Shown: piece by piece, positions 38,347-48,328 of the stretch
How the letters are laid out: every line of letters begins with the position of its first letter
Numbering within the stretch: the stretch's first letter is position 1
Source: an uncultured beta proteobacterium
GTDB taxonomy: Bacteria > Pseudomonadota > Gammaproteobacteria > Burkholderiales > Rhodocyclaceae
NCBI GenBank assembly: GCA_942493065.1
Contig: OW818671.1
Coordinates: forward strand, 766,104 to 830,103
DNA length: 64,000 nt
Direction of reading: 5' to 3'
Made by a program: the position numbers and the translations under genes
Notes under the pieces: model-generated
Told to the model about the DNA's origin: nothing
The model's database searches: none
What the model saw: the letters and a program-made list of their open reading frames with translations, nothing else

Positions 38347-38370
38347 AGTCGGCGTAATCAGGGGGAAGCC

Positions 38371-38991
38371 ATGGCGCACAAAGATCACTGGGAACAGGTC
38401 TACACGACGAAACCAACCACGGGGGTGAGCTGGTTTCAGGCGCATGCCGAGCAGTCGCTGCGGCTGATTCAGGACACTGGCGCGCCCCTGTCGGCCGCCA
38501 TCATTGATGTTGGCGGCGGTGCCTCGACGTTGGTCGATGACCTGCTGGCCGGTGGCTATTGTGCACTCAGCGTGCTCGATATCTCTGCTACGGCGCTCAA
38601 GACCACACAGACTCGCCTTGGCACCGCCGCCGATCAGGTGCGCTGGTTGGTCGGCGACATCACCACCCTGGATTTGCCGACACAGGCATTTGATGTCTGG
38701 CATGACCGGGCAGTATTTCATTTTCTGACCTCACCCGAACAGCGGGCAGCCTATGTGCGTCAGGTGCTGCACGCCGTCAAGCCGGGCGGGCATGTGATTG
38801 TGTCTACCTTCGCCGAGGATGGCCCGCTGCAATGCAGCGGCCTGCCGGTGATGCGTTACAGCGCCGATGGCCTGCATGCCGAATTCGGTGCCCCGTTCGA
38901 ACTGGTCCGGCACGAACAAGAAGAACATCGCACGCCAGCCGGCGGCATCCAGAAGTTCGTTTATTGCTACTGCCGCATGCACAATAGCTGA
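38371..38991 (+). CDS. Class I SAM-dependent methyltransferase
   Basis: HWE.VY, IIDVGGGAS.LVD.LL, LDIS, FDVWHDRAVFHFL. Confidence 0.9.
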   Translation: MAHKDHWEQVYTTKPTTGVSWFQAHAEQSLRLIQDTGAPLSAAIIDVGGGASTLVDDLLAGGYCALSVLDISATALKTTQTRLGTAADQVRWLVGDITTLDLPTQAFDVWHDRAVFHFLTSPEQRAAYVRQVLHAVKPGGHVIVSTFAEDGPLQCSGLPVMRYSADGLHAEFGAPFELVRHEQEEHRTPAGGIQKFVYCYCRMHNS

Positions 38992-38996
38992 CGCCA

Positions 38997-39020
38997 AAAT
39001 GTCGGCGCTGGCAGGACGGC
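38997..39020 (+). repeat. Dispersed 24-bp motif copy 13 (intergenic, after methyltransferase stop)
   Basis: AAATGTCGGCGCTGGCAGGACGGC, identical to copy 3. Confidence 0.9.
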
Positions 39021-39068
39021 ATGGCACGGGTATCATTTCGTTTCAATCCCGTCCGTTTAGGAGGTCGT

Positions 39069-39668
39069 ATGCGTCAGTTCATGCTCTGGTTTTCCCTGCT
39101 GGTCATCACCACCCTGTCCGGCTGCGGCTACAACACCTTCCAGTCTCAGGACGAACAGATCAAGGCAAGCTGGGCCGAAGTGCTCAACCAGTACCAGCGC
39201 CGTGCCGACCTGATCCCCAACCTCGTCAGCACCGTGAAGGGCTACGCCGCTCATGAGAAGGACGTGCTGACCCAGGTCACCGAGGCGCGCGCGCAAGTCG
39301 GCTCGATCCAGGCCACCCCCGAACTACTCAACGACCCGGCCGCCTTCGCCAAGTTCCAGCAGGCGCAGGCGCAGATGACCTCAGCCCTTTCCCGTCTGCT
39401 CGTCGTCGCCGAAAACTATCCGCAGCTCAAGGCCGACCAGAACTTCCGCGACCTGCAGGCCCAACTCGAAGGCACGGAGAACCGCATCACCGTCGCGCGC
39501 AACCGCTACATCAAGGCGGTGCAGGACTACAACGTCACGGTGCGCTCTTTCCCCTCGAACCTGACGGCGATGCTCTTCAGCTACCAAACCAAACCGGGCT
39601 TCGAAGTGCAGGACGAAAAAGCCATCAGCACCGCACCGAAGGTCGACTTCAACGCACCGGCGAAGTAA
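39069..39668 (+). CDS. lemA: LemA family protein
   Basis: LSGCGYN, W.EV.NQYQRRADLIPNLV.TVKGYA.HE, ENYPQLKA, LEGTENRI.VAR..Y. Confidence 0.93.
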   Translation: MRQFMLWFSLLVITTLSGCGYNTFQSQDEQIKASWAEVLNQYQRRADLIPNLVSTVKGYAAHEKDVLTQVTEARAQVGSIQATPELLNDPAAFAKFQQAQAQMTSALSRLLVVAENYPQLKADQNFRDLQAQLEGTENRITVARNRYIKAVQDYNVTVRSFPSNLTAMLFSYQTKPGFEVQDEKAISTAPKVDFNAPAK

Positions 39669-39671
39669 GTG

Positions 39672-40508
39672 ATGGCCCTGCCGCGCCTGGCGTGGCTGTT
39701 TCTCTGTCTTGCGCTCTGGGTCACGGGAGCGTGGGCCGAAGTTCCGGTACCGCCGCTGACGGCGCGCGTCACCGACCTCACCGCCACGCTTGCCACTGCC
39801 GACAAGACCGCGCTCGAAAATGATCTGCAAGCATTAGAGGCGCGCAGCGGTGCACAAGTCGCCATGCTGCTGGTGTCGACCACGCAACCGGAAAGCATCG
39901 AGCAGTATTCGATCCGCGTCGTCGAGGCATGGCAGCTCGGCCGCAAGGAGCATGACGACGGCGTCCTGCTACTGGTGGCGAAGGACGACCGCAAGCTGCG
40001 CATCGAAGTCGGCTACGGCCTCGAAGGCAGGATTCCCGACGTCGTCGCCTTCCGCATCATCGACCAGGTCATCACGCCGCACTTCAAGCAGGGCGATTTC
40101 GCTGGCGGCCTCGCGGCGGGTATCGAGCGTCTCGCTGCCCTGATCGAAGGCCAGGAAATACCGGCCGACGTCACACCGGCCGATGCCGACCCTGATCCTT
40201 TCGAAGACATTCCTGCCTGGCTGCTGCTGGTCCTCGTCGTGGTCGGCAGCATCGTGCGCTGGGTGATCGGCCCTCTGCTCGGTGGATTAACCATGGGCGG
40301 CCTCGTCGGTGCCGGTATCTGGTTCCTCACCGGCGTGCTGCCGGCAGCGCTGTTCGCCGGCATCTTTGCTTTCGTCTTTTTCCTCGTCGGACTGGCCAAC
40401 TGGATTTCCGTCATCGGCAGCGGATCGTCCGGTGGTGGGGGAAGAGGAGGCGGATTTTCGGGCGGCGGCGGCAGCTTTGGCGGCGGCGGCGCCTCGGGGA
40501 GTTGGTGA
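39672..40508 (+). CDS. TPM domain (YgcG-like) membrane protein with Gly-rich tail
   Basis: RVTDLT, DDGVLLLVAKDDR..RIEVGYGLEG.IPD, GGGGSFGGGGASGSW. Confidence 0.9.
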   Translation: MALPRLAWLFLCLALWVTGAWAEVPVPPLTARVTDLTATLATADKTALENDLQALEARSGAQVAMLLVSTTQPESIEQYSIRVVEAWQLGRKEHDDGVLLLVAKDDRKLRIEVGYGLEGRIPDVVAFRIIDQVITPHFKQGDFAGGLAAGIERLAALIEGQEIPADVTPADADPDPFEDIPAWLLLVLVVVGSIVRWVIGPLLGGLTMGGLVGAGIWFLTGVLPAALFAGIFAFVFFLVGLANWISVIGSGSSGGGGRGGGFSGGGGSFGGGGASGSW

Positions 40509-41005
40509 TGAATCTGAAACGCGTATTCCGACATCTGTTGTATTCACGCTGGCGCAGCAGGCAGGCATTTCCTCCGGCCACACAGCGCGCCATCGCGGCC
40601 GCCGTCGCCACCTCGGAAAACGCCCACCGCGGCGAACTGCGCTTCGTCGTCGAGGGCGGCCTCGATCTGCCGTTCCTGTTGCGCGGCGTCGATGCCCACA
40701 CCCGGGCCATCGACCTGTTCGCACAACTGCGCGTCTGGGACACCGAGGAAAACAGTGGCGTGCTGATCTACGTGCAGCTTGCCGACCGGCGTGTCGAGAT
40801 CGTCGCCGATCGTGGCATCCACGCCCGTGTCGGCAACGCCGGCTGGCAGGCCATCTGCCGCGACATGGAGCAAGCCTTCGCCGCCGGGCAGTTCGAGGCG
40901 GGTGCGCTCACTGGCCTCGACGCCATCAGCTGCCTGCTCGCGGCACACTTCCCCGCCGGCACGGACAATCCCGACGAACTGGCGAACGCGCCGACACTCC
41001 TGTAG
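40508..41005 (+). CDS. TPM domain protein (lemA operon partner)
   Basis: SE..HRGELRFVVE, W.TEENSGVLIYVQLADRRVEIVADRGI, NPDEL...P.LL. Confidence 0.88.
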   Translation: MNLKRVFRHLLYSRWRSRQAFPPATQRAIAAAVATSENAHRGELRFVVEGGLDLPFLLRGVDAHTRAIDLFAQLRVWDTEENSGVLIYVQLADRRVEIVADRGIHARVGNAGWQAICRDMEQAFAAGQFEAGALTGLDAISCLLAAHFPAGTDNPDELANAPTLL

Positions 41006-41007
41006 GG

Positions 41008-41031
41008 AAATGTCGGCGCTGGTGAGACGGC
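41008..41031 (+). repeat. Dispersed 24-bp motif copy 14 (fills 27-bp gap between convergent genes)
   Basis: AAATGTCGGCGCTGGTGAGACGGC. Confidence 0.9.
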
Positions 41032-41032
41032 A

Positions 41033-44000
41033 CTACCGCCTGCGCAAATCCAGCGTACTCGGATACTCGGGGTTGATTTCCTCTTCCACCGGCGCCATCG
41101 GCCCGATGGTCGTGCCTTCGGGCAGGAAGGTGTCCAGCGCGCCGACCCACGGCGGTGGCGTGTAGCTGCCAATGGTGTGGCCCTCGCCCTGAAAACGGAT
41201 GTGGCGACGCGCCTCGGCTTCGTAGGCGTTGACCGGGAAGCTGTCGTAGTTGCGGCCACCCGGGTGCATGACCTGGTAGGTGCAGCCGCCGATGGCCTTG
41301 TTGTTCCACAGGTCGACGATGTCGAAGACCAGTGGCGACTGCACACCGATGGTCGGGTGCATCGCCGAAGGCGGTTGCCAGGCGCGGTAGCGCACGCTGG
41401 CGATGTATTCGCCGTGCGTGCCGGTATTGGCGAGCGGCACGCGGCGGCCGTTGCAGGTCAGCGCATGGCGGCCATCGGTCAGGCCGTTGACCTTGACCTG
41501 CACGCGCTCGATGGATGAATCGACATAGCGCGCCGTGCCGAGGCCGGTCGCTTCCTCGCCGAGCACATGCCAGGGCTCGATGGCGGCACGTACTTCGAGG
41601 GCGATGTCGCCGAGCTGGATGCCGCCGTAGCGCGGAAAACGGAATTCGAGGAAGGGGGCGAACCAGTCGAGCTGGAAGGGATAGCCGGCCTCGTTAAGCT
41701 CGGTCACCACTTGCTTGAGATCAGCCCACAGGTGATGCGGCATCATCCAGCGGTCATGCAGCGCTGTGCCCCAATGCACCAGCGGCTTGGCATAGGGCTT
41801 GGCCCAGAAGCGTGCGACGAGCGCGCGCACCAAGAGCATCTGGGCAAGGCTCATGTGCGCATGCGGCGGCATTTCGAAGCCACGAAACTCGACCAGCCCC
41901 TGCCGACCGGCGGCGGAATCCGGCGAATAGAGCTTGTCGATGCAGAACTCGGTGCGATGCGTATTGCCGGTCAGGTCGGTGAGCATGTGGCGGAACAGGC
42001 GGTCGACCAGCCAGGGCTGCGGCGTTTCCTCGCCCGCCTTGGGTAACTGCTGGAAGGCGATTTCCAGCTCGTAGAGAATTTCCGGGCGACCTTCATCGAC
42101 GCGCGGCGCCTGACTGGTTGGGCCGATGAACAGGCCGCTAAACAGATAGGACAGGCTCGGGTGGTGCTGCCAGTAGGTCAGCAGGCTGCGCAGCAGATCG
42201 GGGCGACGCAGGAATGGGCTGTCGGCCGGTGTGGCACCGCCGAGGGTGACATGGTTGCCGCCGCCCGTGCCGCTGTGGCGGCCGTCGAGCATGAACTTCT
42301 CGGTGCCGAGGCGCGACTGGCGCGCTTCTTCGTAGAGCGTCAGCGTGGTGGCTTCGAGTTCTTCCCAGTTCTTTGCCGGATGGATGTTGACCTCGATGAC
42401 GCCGGGGTCGGGCGTGACCAGCAGTTTTTCGAGGCGGCCATCGGAAGGCGGCGCATAGCCTTCGATCACCACCGGTAACCTGAGGGCCGCACAGGTGCAT
42501 TCGATGGCGGCGATCAGGTCGAGCGCCTGATCGAGGCGCGGCGTGGGCGGCAGGAAGACGTAGAGACAGCCGTCGCGCGGTTCGATACACAGGGCGGTGC
42601 GTGGCACCTCGGCCGCCTTGGCGCTGCTGATGGCCTTGGCACGTGCAGCGGCTTCTTCATGAAAATCGGCCAGTGGCTCGGTGGGGGCAAAAGGATCAAC
42701 TTCCGTGGCGATCTCCAGCTTGTCCTCATCGACCGCCGCGACTGAATTGAGCGGCAGGCGTAGGCCGAGCGGCGAATCACCCTGAATGAGATAGAGACGT
42801 TCGCGACGGAATTTCCACGGCGCGCTATGCCAGCCTTCCTTCCATGCCAGCGGGAGGACGAAACCGGTGGGCGTATCAAGTCCGCGCGAGAGGATCTCGG
42901 CGAGGTTGCGTCGTCCGAGCAGGTCGAGCGGATCGGCCCGCAGCGCCGCTTCGGCAAGATCGAGATTCTCCGGCACCGTGGCTTCACGCAGCAAGGCGGC
43001 GAGGGCATCCTCGTAGGCAGGCTGCACGCATTGCGCGGCCAGACCGAGATGGCGCGCCAGGGTTTCGGCAAAACGCTGCGCCTCGGCCACGCCATGGCCG
43101 TAGTCCTGGCCCGGATCGGCGAGCCACTGCTCGTCTTTCCACACCGGCACGCCGTCCTTGCGCCAGAAGATGCCGAGTGCCCAGCGCGGCAGCGGCTCGC
43201 CCGGATACCATTTGCCCTGCGCATTGTGCAGCAGCGCGCCGGTGGCAAAGCGGTCTTTCAGGCGGCGCGCCAGCACTTCGGCGCGTTCGCGCTTGTGCTT
43301 GCCGAGCGCAGCGATGGTCCATTCCGGCGCCTCCATGTCGTCAATCGAGACGAAGGTCGGCTCGCCGCCCTGCGTCAGGCGCACGTCCATTGCTTGCAGC
43401 CTGGTGTCGACCATGCGGCCGAGCGCACGGATGTGTGCCCACTGTTCGTCGGTGTAGGGCTTGGTGACGCGCGGGTCTTCCTTGAAGCGCGTGACGGTGT
43501 TGCTGAAGGCAAAGTCGACCTCGCATGGATCAGTGAGGCCGGCAATCGGCGCGGCCGAGGACGGATGCGGCGTGCAGGCGAGCGGAATATGACCTTCGCC
43601 GGCGAAGAGACCCGAGGTCGGGTCGAGGCCGACCCAGCCGGCGCCGGGTATGAAAACTTCGGTCCACGCATGCAGGTCAGTGAAGTCGGCTTCCGGGCCG
43701 GAGGGGCCGTCGAGCGATTTTTCGTCGGCGGTGAGCTGGACGAGGTAGCCGGAGACGAAGCGCGCGGCCAAGCCCAGATGCCGCAGGATCTGCACCAGCA
43801 GCCAAGCCGAATCGCGACAGGAACCGAGCTTGCGTTGCAGCGTTTCCTCGCAGCTTTGCACGCCGGGTTCGAGGCGAATGGTGTAGCCGATGTGCTGTTG
43901 CAGATTGCGGTTGATGTCGACAAGGAAATCGACGATCTGTTGCGGCTTGCGTTCAATGCTGGCCAGATAGGCACCCAGCAACGGCTCAGGCGTTTCCTTT

Positions 44001-44356
44001 TCGAGGTAGGGCGTGAGTTCCTTGGCGAGCGCTTCGGGATAGGCGAAAGGCCACTGGTCGGCATATTCCTCGACGAAGAAGTCGAAGGGGTTGATGACGG
44101 TGAGATCGGCGATCACCTCGACATCGATCAACAGCTCGGTCGCGCGTTCGGGGAAGACCAGCCGCGCCAGATAGTTGCCGAACGGATCCTGCTGCCAGTT
44201 GATGAAATGCTTTTCCGGCCGGATCTTCAGGCTGTAGGACAGGATCGGCGTGCGGCTGTGGGCGGCGGGCTTCAACCGCACCACATGCGGACTCAGGCTG
44301 ACCGGGCGATCAAACTTGTAATGCGTGGTGTGGCGAATGGCAACGTGGATGGACAT
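41033..44356 (-). CDS. Transglutaminase-like + DUF2126 (amidoligase-like) fusion protein
   Basis: Triad GSCRDSAWLLV / DLHAWTEV / WVGLDPT; DUF2126 motifs LTQGGEPTF, VTPDPGVIEVN, GTGGGNH, GPTSQAPRVDE. Confidence 0.88.
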   Translation of the reverse strand: MSIHVAIRHTTHYKFDRPVSLSPHVVRLKPAAHSRTPILSYSLKIRPEKHFINWQQDPFGNYLARLVFPERATELLIDVEVIADLTVINPFDFFVEEYADQWPFAYPEALAKELTPYLEKETPEPLLGAYLASIERKPQQIVDFLVDINRNLQQHIGYTIRLEPGVQSCEETLQRKLGSCRDSAWLLVQILRHLGLAARFVSGYLVQLTADEKSLDGPSGPEADFTDLHAWTEVFIPGAGWVGLDPTSGLFAGEGHIPLACTPHPSSAAPIAGLTDPCEVDFAFSNTVTRFKEDPRVTKPYTDEQWAHIRALGRMVDTRLQAMDVRLTQGGEPTFVSIDDMEAPEWTIAALGKHKRERAEVLARRLKDRFATGALLHNAQGKWYPGEPLPRWALGIFWRKDGVPVWKDEQWLADPGQDYGHGVAEAQRFAETLARHLGLAAQCVQPAYEDALAALLREATVPENLDLAEAALRADPLDLLGRRNLAEILSRGLDTPTGFVLPLAWKEGWHSAPWKFRRERLYLIQGDSPLGLRLPLNSVAAVDEDKLEIATEVDPFAPTEPLADFHEEAAARAKAISSAKAAEVPRTALCIEPRDGCLYVFLPPTPRLDQALDLIAAIECTCAALRLPVVIEGYAPPSDGRLEKLLVTPDPGVIEVNIHPAKNWEELEATTLTLYEEARQSRLGTEKFMLDGRHSGTGGGNHVTLGGATPADSPFLRRPDLLRSLLTYWQHHPSLSYLFSGLFIGPTSQAPRVDEGRPEILYELEIAFQQLPKAGEETPQPWLVDRLFRHMLTDLTGNTHRTEFCIDKLYSPDSAAGRQGLVEFRGFEMPPHAHMSLAQMLLVRALVARFWAKPYAKPLVHWGTALHDRWMMPHHLWADLKQVVTELNEAGYPFQLDWFAPFLEFRFPRYGGIQLGDIALEVRAAIEPWHVLGEEATGLGTARYVDSSIERVQVKVNGLTDGRHALTCNGRRVPLANTGTHGEYIASVRYRAWQPPSAMHPTIGVQSPLVFDIVDLWNNKAIGGCTYQVMHPGGRNYDSFPVNAYEAEARRHIRFQGEGHTIGSYTPPPWVGALDTFLPEGTTIGPMAPVEEEINPEYPSTLDLRRR

Positions 44357-44390
44357 GCAGTTCTCGCAGCGGTGTGGACGCTACGAGCAC

Positions 44391-44404
44391 GCAAGCATCG
44401 TGCC
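44391..44404 (-). promoter_or_regulatory. Putative sigma54 promoter for the transglutaminase-DUF2126 gene
   Basis: Minus strand GGCACG-ATGC-TTGC, GG-N10-GC, 34 nt upstream of ATG. Confidence 0.6.
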
Positions 44405-44416
44405 TTGCCAGCGTGC

Positions 44417-45148
44417 TTACTGGTATTCCCAGTCGAAATGGGGCAATTGCTCCAGCGCCTGAAACAGGCCTTGGCTCCATTTCTCGGATAGTTCACGTGC
44501 AAACGGGTCGTCTTCGCGGAAATACAGGTGCTTGCCTTCCTCGAAGCTATCGCGGCGATAGATCAGGAGTTCCACCGGCGGGCCGACGGTGAGGTTGGAG
44601 CGAATCGTCGAGTTCATCGATACCAGCGCGCAGCGCGCAGCCGGCTCTAGCGTCACATCGCGCTTGATCACGCGATCAAGGATCGGCTTGCCATACTTGA
44701 TCTCGCCGATCTGCAGGAAGGGGTGCTCGGACGATTCATGGATGTAATTGCCCTGCGGATAGATCATGAAGATCTCGGGCGCCTGGCCAATAATCTGGCC
44801 GGCGAGGATGAAAGTGGCTTCGAAGTTGGTGGTGGCCGTATCGCGGCTGGCATGCAGCTTCTGCACCTGCGTGCTGACGATGCCCAGATAGTCGGCAGCC
44901 TCCTGCATGGTCGCCACCGTGGTCAGATTAGGCACCATGCCGGCGACGATATCGCTATTGATTTTTTTGACCACCGCCTGTGTCGTGGCCAGGTTGCCCG
45001 CTGACAGCAGCGTAAAAAAGCGCACGCCCGGCCAGACAAAGGGGAACATCTTCGAATAGATGCTGACGTTGTCCGTGCCCGCATTCGTGCGCGAATCGGA
45101 ACACAGGACGAGGCCGTCATTGACGTGGATAGCGAGGCAATAAGTCAT
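44417..45148 (-). CDS. Anbu proteasome-beta-like (Ntn hydrolase) protein
   Basis: MTYC with N-terminal Thr, SDSRTNAG.DN.S.YSKM, AGNLATTQ, QIGE.KYGKPILDR, NLTVGPP. Confidence 0.88.
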   Translation of the reverse strand: MTYCLAIHVNDGLVLCSDSRTNAGTDNVSIYSKMFPFVWPGVRFFTLLSAGNLATTQAVVKKINSDIVAGMVPNLTTVATMQEAADYLGIVSTQVQKLHASRDTATTNFEATFILAGQIIGQAPEIFMIYPQGNYIHESSEHPFLQIGEIKYGKPILDRVIKRDVTLEPAARCALVSMNSTIRSNLTVGPPVELLIYRRDSFEEGKHLYFREDDPFARELSEKWSQGLFQALEQLPHFDWEYQ

Positions 45149-45257
45149 GGAGGCGTGGCGCAGGACAATTTGGATCGAGGGCGAATTGTATGCGCTAGGA
45201 ACGGCAGCGCGGCTACCGGAGGCGATCGAACAATGAGCGAATACACCGATTTGATGG

Positions 45258-45274
45258 CTGGCGCGTTTGTTGCA
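45258..45274 (+). promoter_or_regulatory. Putative sigma54 promoter for ATP-grasp/alpha-E genes
   Basis: CTGGCGCG-TTTG-TTGCA, GG-N10-GC. Confidence 0.6.
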
Positions 45275-45285
45275 GAGCAACAGGT

Positions 45286-46746
45286 ATGACCCTCGAACTG
45301 CACAACTATCCCCAGCCCAACACCTATGATGAGCTGCTCGATGAGTGTCAGCAGCCGCGGCCTGCCGCGCGCGTCCTCTTCGATTACGTCAATCGCCTCG
45401 GCGCCAAGGAACTCGCCGCCCGCCGCGAGAGCGTCGACGCCGCCATCATGGCCATGGGCATTACCTTTACCGTTTATAGCGACGCCGGAAACATCGACCG
45501 CGCATGGCCTTTCGACATCATCCCGCGCACCTTGTCGAGCAAGGAATGGGCACGTATCGATGCCGGCCTCAAGCAGCGCCTGACCGCCCTCAACCTGTTC
45601 ATCAACGATCTTTACAACGAGCAGAAAATCGTCAGGGACGGCATTTTCCCGATCGAGGTACTGGAAGGTTCGAAGAACTTTCGTGCTCAATGCAAGGGCA
45701 TGACGCCCCGTTTTGGGGTGTGGGCGCATGTGTGCGGCACCGATCTGGTGCGCGACAAGGATGGCACTGTCTATGTGCTTGAGGACAATCTGCGCGTGCC
45801 TTCCGGCGTTTCCTACATGCTGGAAAACCGCCAGCTGATGAAGCGGCTGTTCCCCGAACTGTTCAAGTCGAGTGACATCCTGCCGGTCGACGATTACCCG
45901 ACGCAGTTGTACGACACCCTCGCCGCCCTGTCACCGCGCGACAGTGAGCGCCCGGTGATTGCGGTGCTCACGCCCGGCATCTACAACTCGGCCTATTTCG
46001 AGCACAGCTATCTGGCGCAGAAGATGGGTGCCATCCTCGTCGAAGGTTCCGATCTGGTCGTCAAGGATGACGACTGTGTCTACATGAAGACGATTTCCGG
46101 CCTGAGTCGTGTTGATGTCATCTACCGCCGCATCGACGACGACTTTCTCGACCCCGAGGCCTTCCGGCCCGATTCCGCGCTCGGCGTACCCGGCCTGATG
46201 CGCGCCTGGCGTGCCGGCAATGTCGGTATCGCCAATGCGCCCGGCGCCGGTGTGGCGGACGACAAGGTGGTGTATACCTTCGTGCCGCAGATCATCAAGT
46301 ACTACCTCGACGAAGAGCCGATCCTGCCCAACGTACCGAGCTGGATGTGTATGTACGAGGACCAGCGCGAGCACGTCCTCGCCAACCTCGACAAGCTGGT
46401 GGTCAAGCCGGCCAACGAGTCGGGCGGCTACGGCATGCTGATCGGCCCGCGCGCCAGTCCCGAGGAGCGCGCGCAGTTCGCCGACCTGATTCGCGAAAAT
46501 CCACGCAACTACATGGCCCAGCCGACGCTGTCGATTTCCACCGCGCCGACGCTGATCGGCGACAAGCTGGCGCCGCGCCATCTCGACCTGCGCCCCTTCG
46601 TGCTGCAGTCGGACAGGCTCTACGCCACCACTGGCGGCCTGACGCGCGTCGCCCTGCGCGAAGGCTCGCTGATCGTCAATTCCTCGCAGGGAGGCGGCAG
46701 CAAGGACACCTGGATCATCAACACCGATGACGGGGAGGCCACCTGA
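45286..46746 (+). CDS. Circularly permuted type 2 ATP-grasp protein (DUF404)
   Basis: [63 protein letters not shown]. Confidence 0.92.
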   Translation: MTLELHNYPQPNTYDELLDECQQPRPAARVLFDYVNRLGAKELAARRESVDAAIMAMGITFTVYSDAGNIDRAWPFDIIPRTLSSKEWARIDAGLKQRLTALNLFINDLYNEQKIVRDGIFPIEVLEGSKNFRAQCKGMTPRFGVWAHVCGTDLVRDKDGTVYVLEDNLRVPSGVSYMLENRQLMKRLFPELFKSSDILPVDDYPTQLYDTLAALSPRDSERPVIAVLTPGIYNSAYFEHSYLAQKMGAILVEGSDLVVKDDDCVYMKTISGLSRVDVIYRRIDDDFLDPEAFRPDSALGVPGLMRAWRAGNVGIANAPGAGVADDKVVYTFVPQIIKYYLDEEPILPNVPSWMCMYEDQREHVLANLDKLVVKPANESGGYGMLIGPRASPEERAQFADLIRENPRNYMAQPTLSISTAPTLIGDKLAPRHLDLRPFVLQSDRLYATTGGLTRVALREGSLIVNSSQGGGSKDTWIINTDDGEAT

Positions 46747-47720
46747 TGCTCTCGCGTGTCGCCGAAAATCTCTACTGGCTGGGCCGCTATCTCGAACGTG
46801 CCGAGAACACCGCCCGCTTCATCAACTCCACCACGCAGGTGTTGCTCGACCTGCCGAAGGATTCCGCCTTCGGCTGGGACGTGCTGCTCAAGGTCGCCGG
46901 TCTCGACGAGATTTTCAGCGAACACCATCCACATTTGGCGCAAGCCGATGAAGACAGCATCGTGCGCTTCCTCGTCGAGGACGAAAAGAACCCGAGTTCG
47001 ATCCTCTCCGGCATCCACAACGCCCGCGAAAATGCGCGCACGGTGCGTGAAGTGCTGCCGATGGAGCTATGGGAGCGCATCAACAGCCTCTACCTGTATG
47101 CGCGCGACAATGCGGCGCGTGCCAGCGAAGGACGTGGCCCGCGTATCGAGGTGCTACAGGGCGTAATCGGCCGGCGTGAATCGATCATCGGCCTGCTCAC
47201 CGGCTCGATGAGTCAGGATGTTGCCTACCAGTTCATCAAGCTCGGCCGCAACATCGAGCGTGCCGACATGACGACGCGCATTATCGACGTCAATTCCGCC
47301 GTGCGCCTGCCGCGCGATCCAGCGCTAGCAGCGGTCGCCACCGAACGCATGTGGATGAGCACGCTCAACGGCCTCTCCGCCTACCAGATGTATCGCCGCC
47401 ATGTCAGCGTGCATGTACGCGCCAACGAGGTGGTTAACTACCTGCTGAAGAATTCGCACTTCCCGCGCACGGTGCTGCATTGCCTCGCCGAGGTCGAAGG
47501 CTGCCTATCCGTGCTGCCCGAGCACAAGGACGCCATGAAGAAAGTGCGCCAGGCCTGGCGGCGTGTCGAGAGCATGCAGTTGAACGATCTCAAGCCGACG
47601 GTATTGCACGAGTATCTCGATCAGGTGCAAAGCGACCTCGGCGAAGTCCATACCGCCGTGGCCCGGCAGTATTTCCACTTGCACCACGAAAATGTCGGCG
47701 CTGGCGGGATGGCACAGTAA
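46746..47720 (+). CDS. Alpha-E domain protein (DUF403)
   Basis: [23 protein letters not shown]; LGR.IERADMT.R; overlaps ATP-grasp stop. Confidence 0.92.
   Translation: MLSRVAENLYWLGRYLERAENTARFINSTTQVLLDLPKDSAFGWDVLLKVAGLDEIFSEHHPHLAQADEDSIVRFLVEDEKNPSSILSGIHNARENARTVREVLPMELWERINSLYLYARDNAARASEGRGPRIEVLQGVIGRRESIIGLLTGSMSQDVAYQFIKLGRNIERADMTTRIIDVNSAVRLPRDPALAAVATERMWMSTLNGLSAYQMYRRHVSVHVRANEVVNYLLKNSHFPRTVLHCLAEVEGCLSVLPEHKDAMKKVRQAWRRVESMQLNDLKPTVLHEYLDQVQSDLGEVHTAVARQYFHLHHENVGAGGMAQ
47690..47713 (+). repeat. Dispersed 24-bp motif copy 15 (alpha-E 3' end)
   Basis: AAATGTCGGCGCTGGCGGGATGGC; encodes NVGAGGMA. Confidence 0.88.
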
Positions 47721-48308
47721 TCAGGCGTTCAGCATGCGCTCCACGTAGCGCGCGATCAGGTCGACTTCAAGATTCACCAACGCGCCGGGCTTCAGGCGCT
47801 TGAGCGTCGTCACCTGCACGGTGTGCGGGATCAGGTTGATCGCGAACTCGCGGCCTTTCACTTTATTCGTCGTCAGCGAGACGCCATCAATGGTGATCGA
47901 TCCCTTGCGGGCGATGTATTTCGCCAGCTTCTTCGGCGCCCGGATAATCAGCAAATGCGATTCGCCGATCGGTTCGAAAGTAATCACCTCGCCGACGCCA
48001 TCGACATGCCCGGAGACCAGATGGCCGCCGATGAAATCAGACAGGCGCATCGCCTTTTCCAGATTCACTTCGCCGCCCGGCACATCCAGGCCGACGGTGC
48101 AGTCGAGCGTCTCCTTCGAGACATCGATCTGGTAGCTGGTTCTTTTCTTGGCGATGACCGTCAGGCAGACGCCATTGTGGGCGATCGAATCGCCGAGCGC
48201 GACATCCTTGAGATTCAGGCCGGGTGCCTCGACGGTCAGGCGCACGCCTTGTTCGAGGGGCTGCAACTGGGTGATCTTGCCGGTGGTGGCGACGATGCCG
48301 GTAAACAT
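47721..48308 (-). CDS. ribC: Riboflavin synthase (alpha chain)
   Basis: MFTGIV, GDSIAHNGVCLTV, GGHLVSGHVDG, KGSITIDGVSLT, VNLEVD.IARYVER. Confidence 0.95.
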   Translation of the reverse strand: MFTGIVATTGKITQLQPLEQGVRLTVEAPGLNLKDVALGDSIAHNGVCLTVIAKKRTSYQIDVSKETLDCTVGLDVPGGEVNLEKAMRLSDFIGGHLVSGHVDGVGEVITFEPIGESHLLIIRAPKKLAKYIARKGSITIDGVSLTTNKVKGREFAINLIPHTVQVTTLKRLKPGALVNLEVDLIARYVERMLNA

Positions 48309-48328
48309 GGTGGGGACTCCGATCGGGG

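Noticed and set aside
39021-39040. TGGCACG upstream of lemA (and of csp at ~54546) as sigma54 promoters
   Set aside because: No GC at the required -12 position (GG-N10-GC fails).
39069-41005. lemA-TPM-TPM operon as a novel system
   Set aside because: Widespread conserved arrangement with nothing atypical here.
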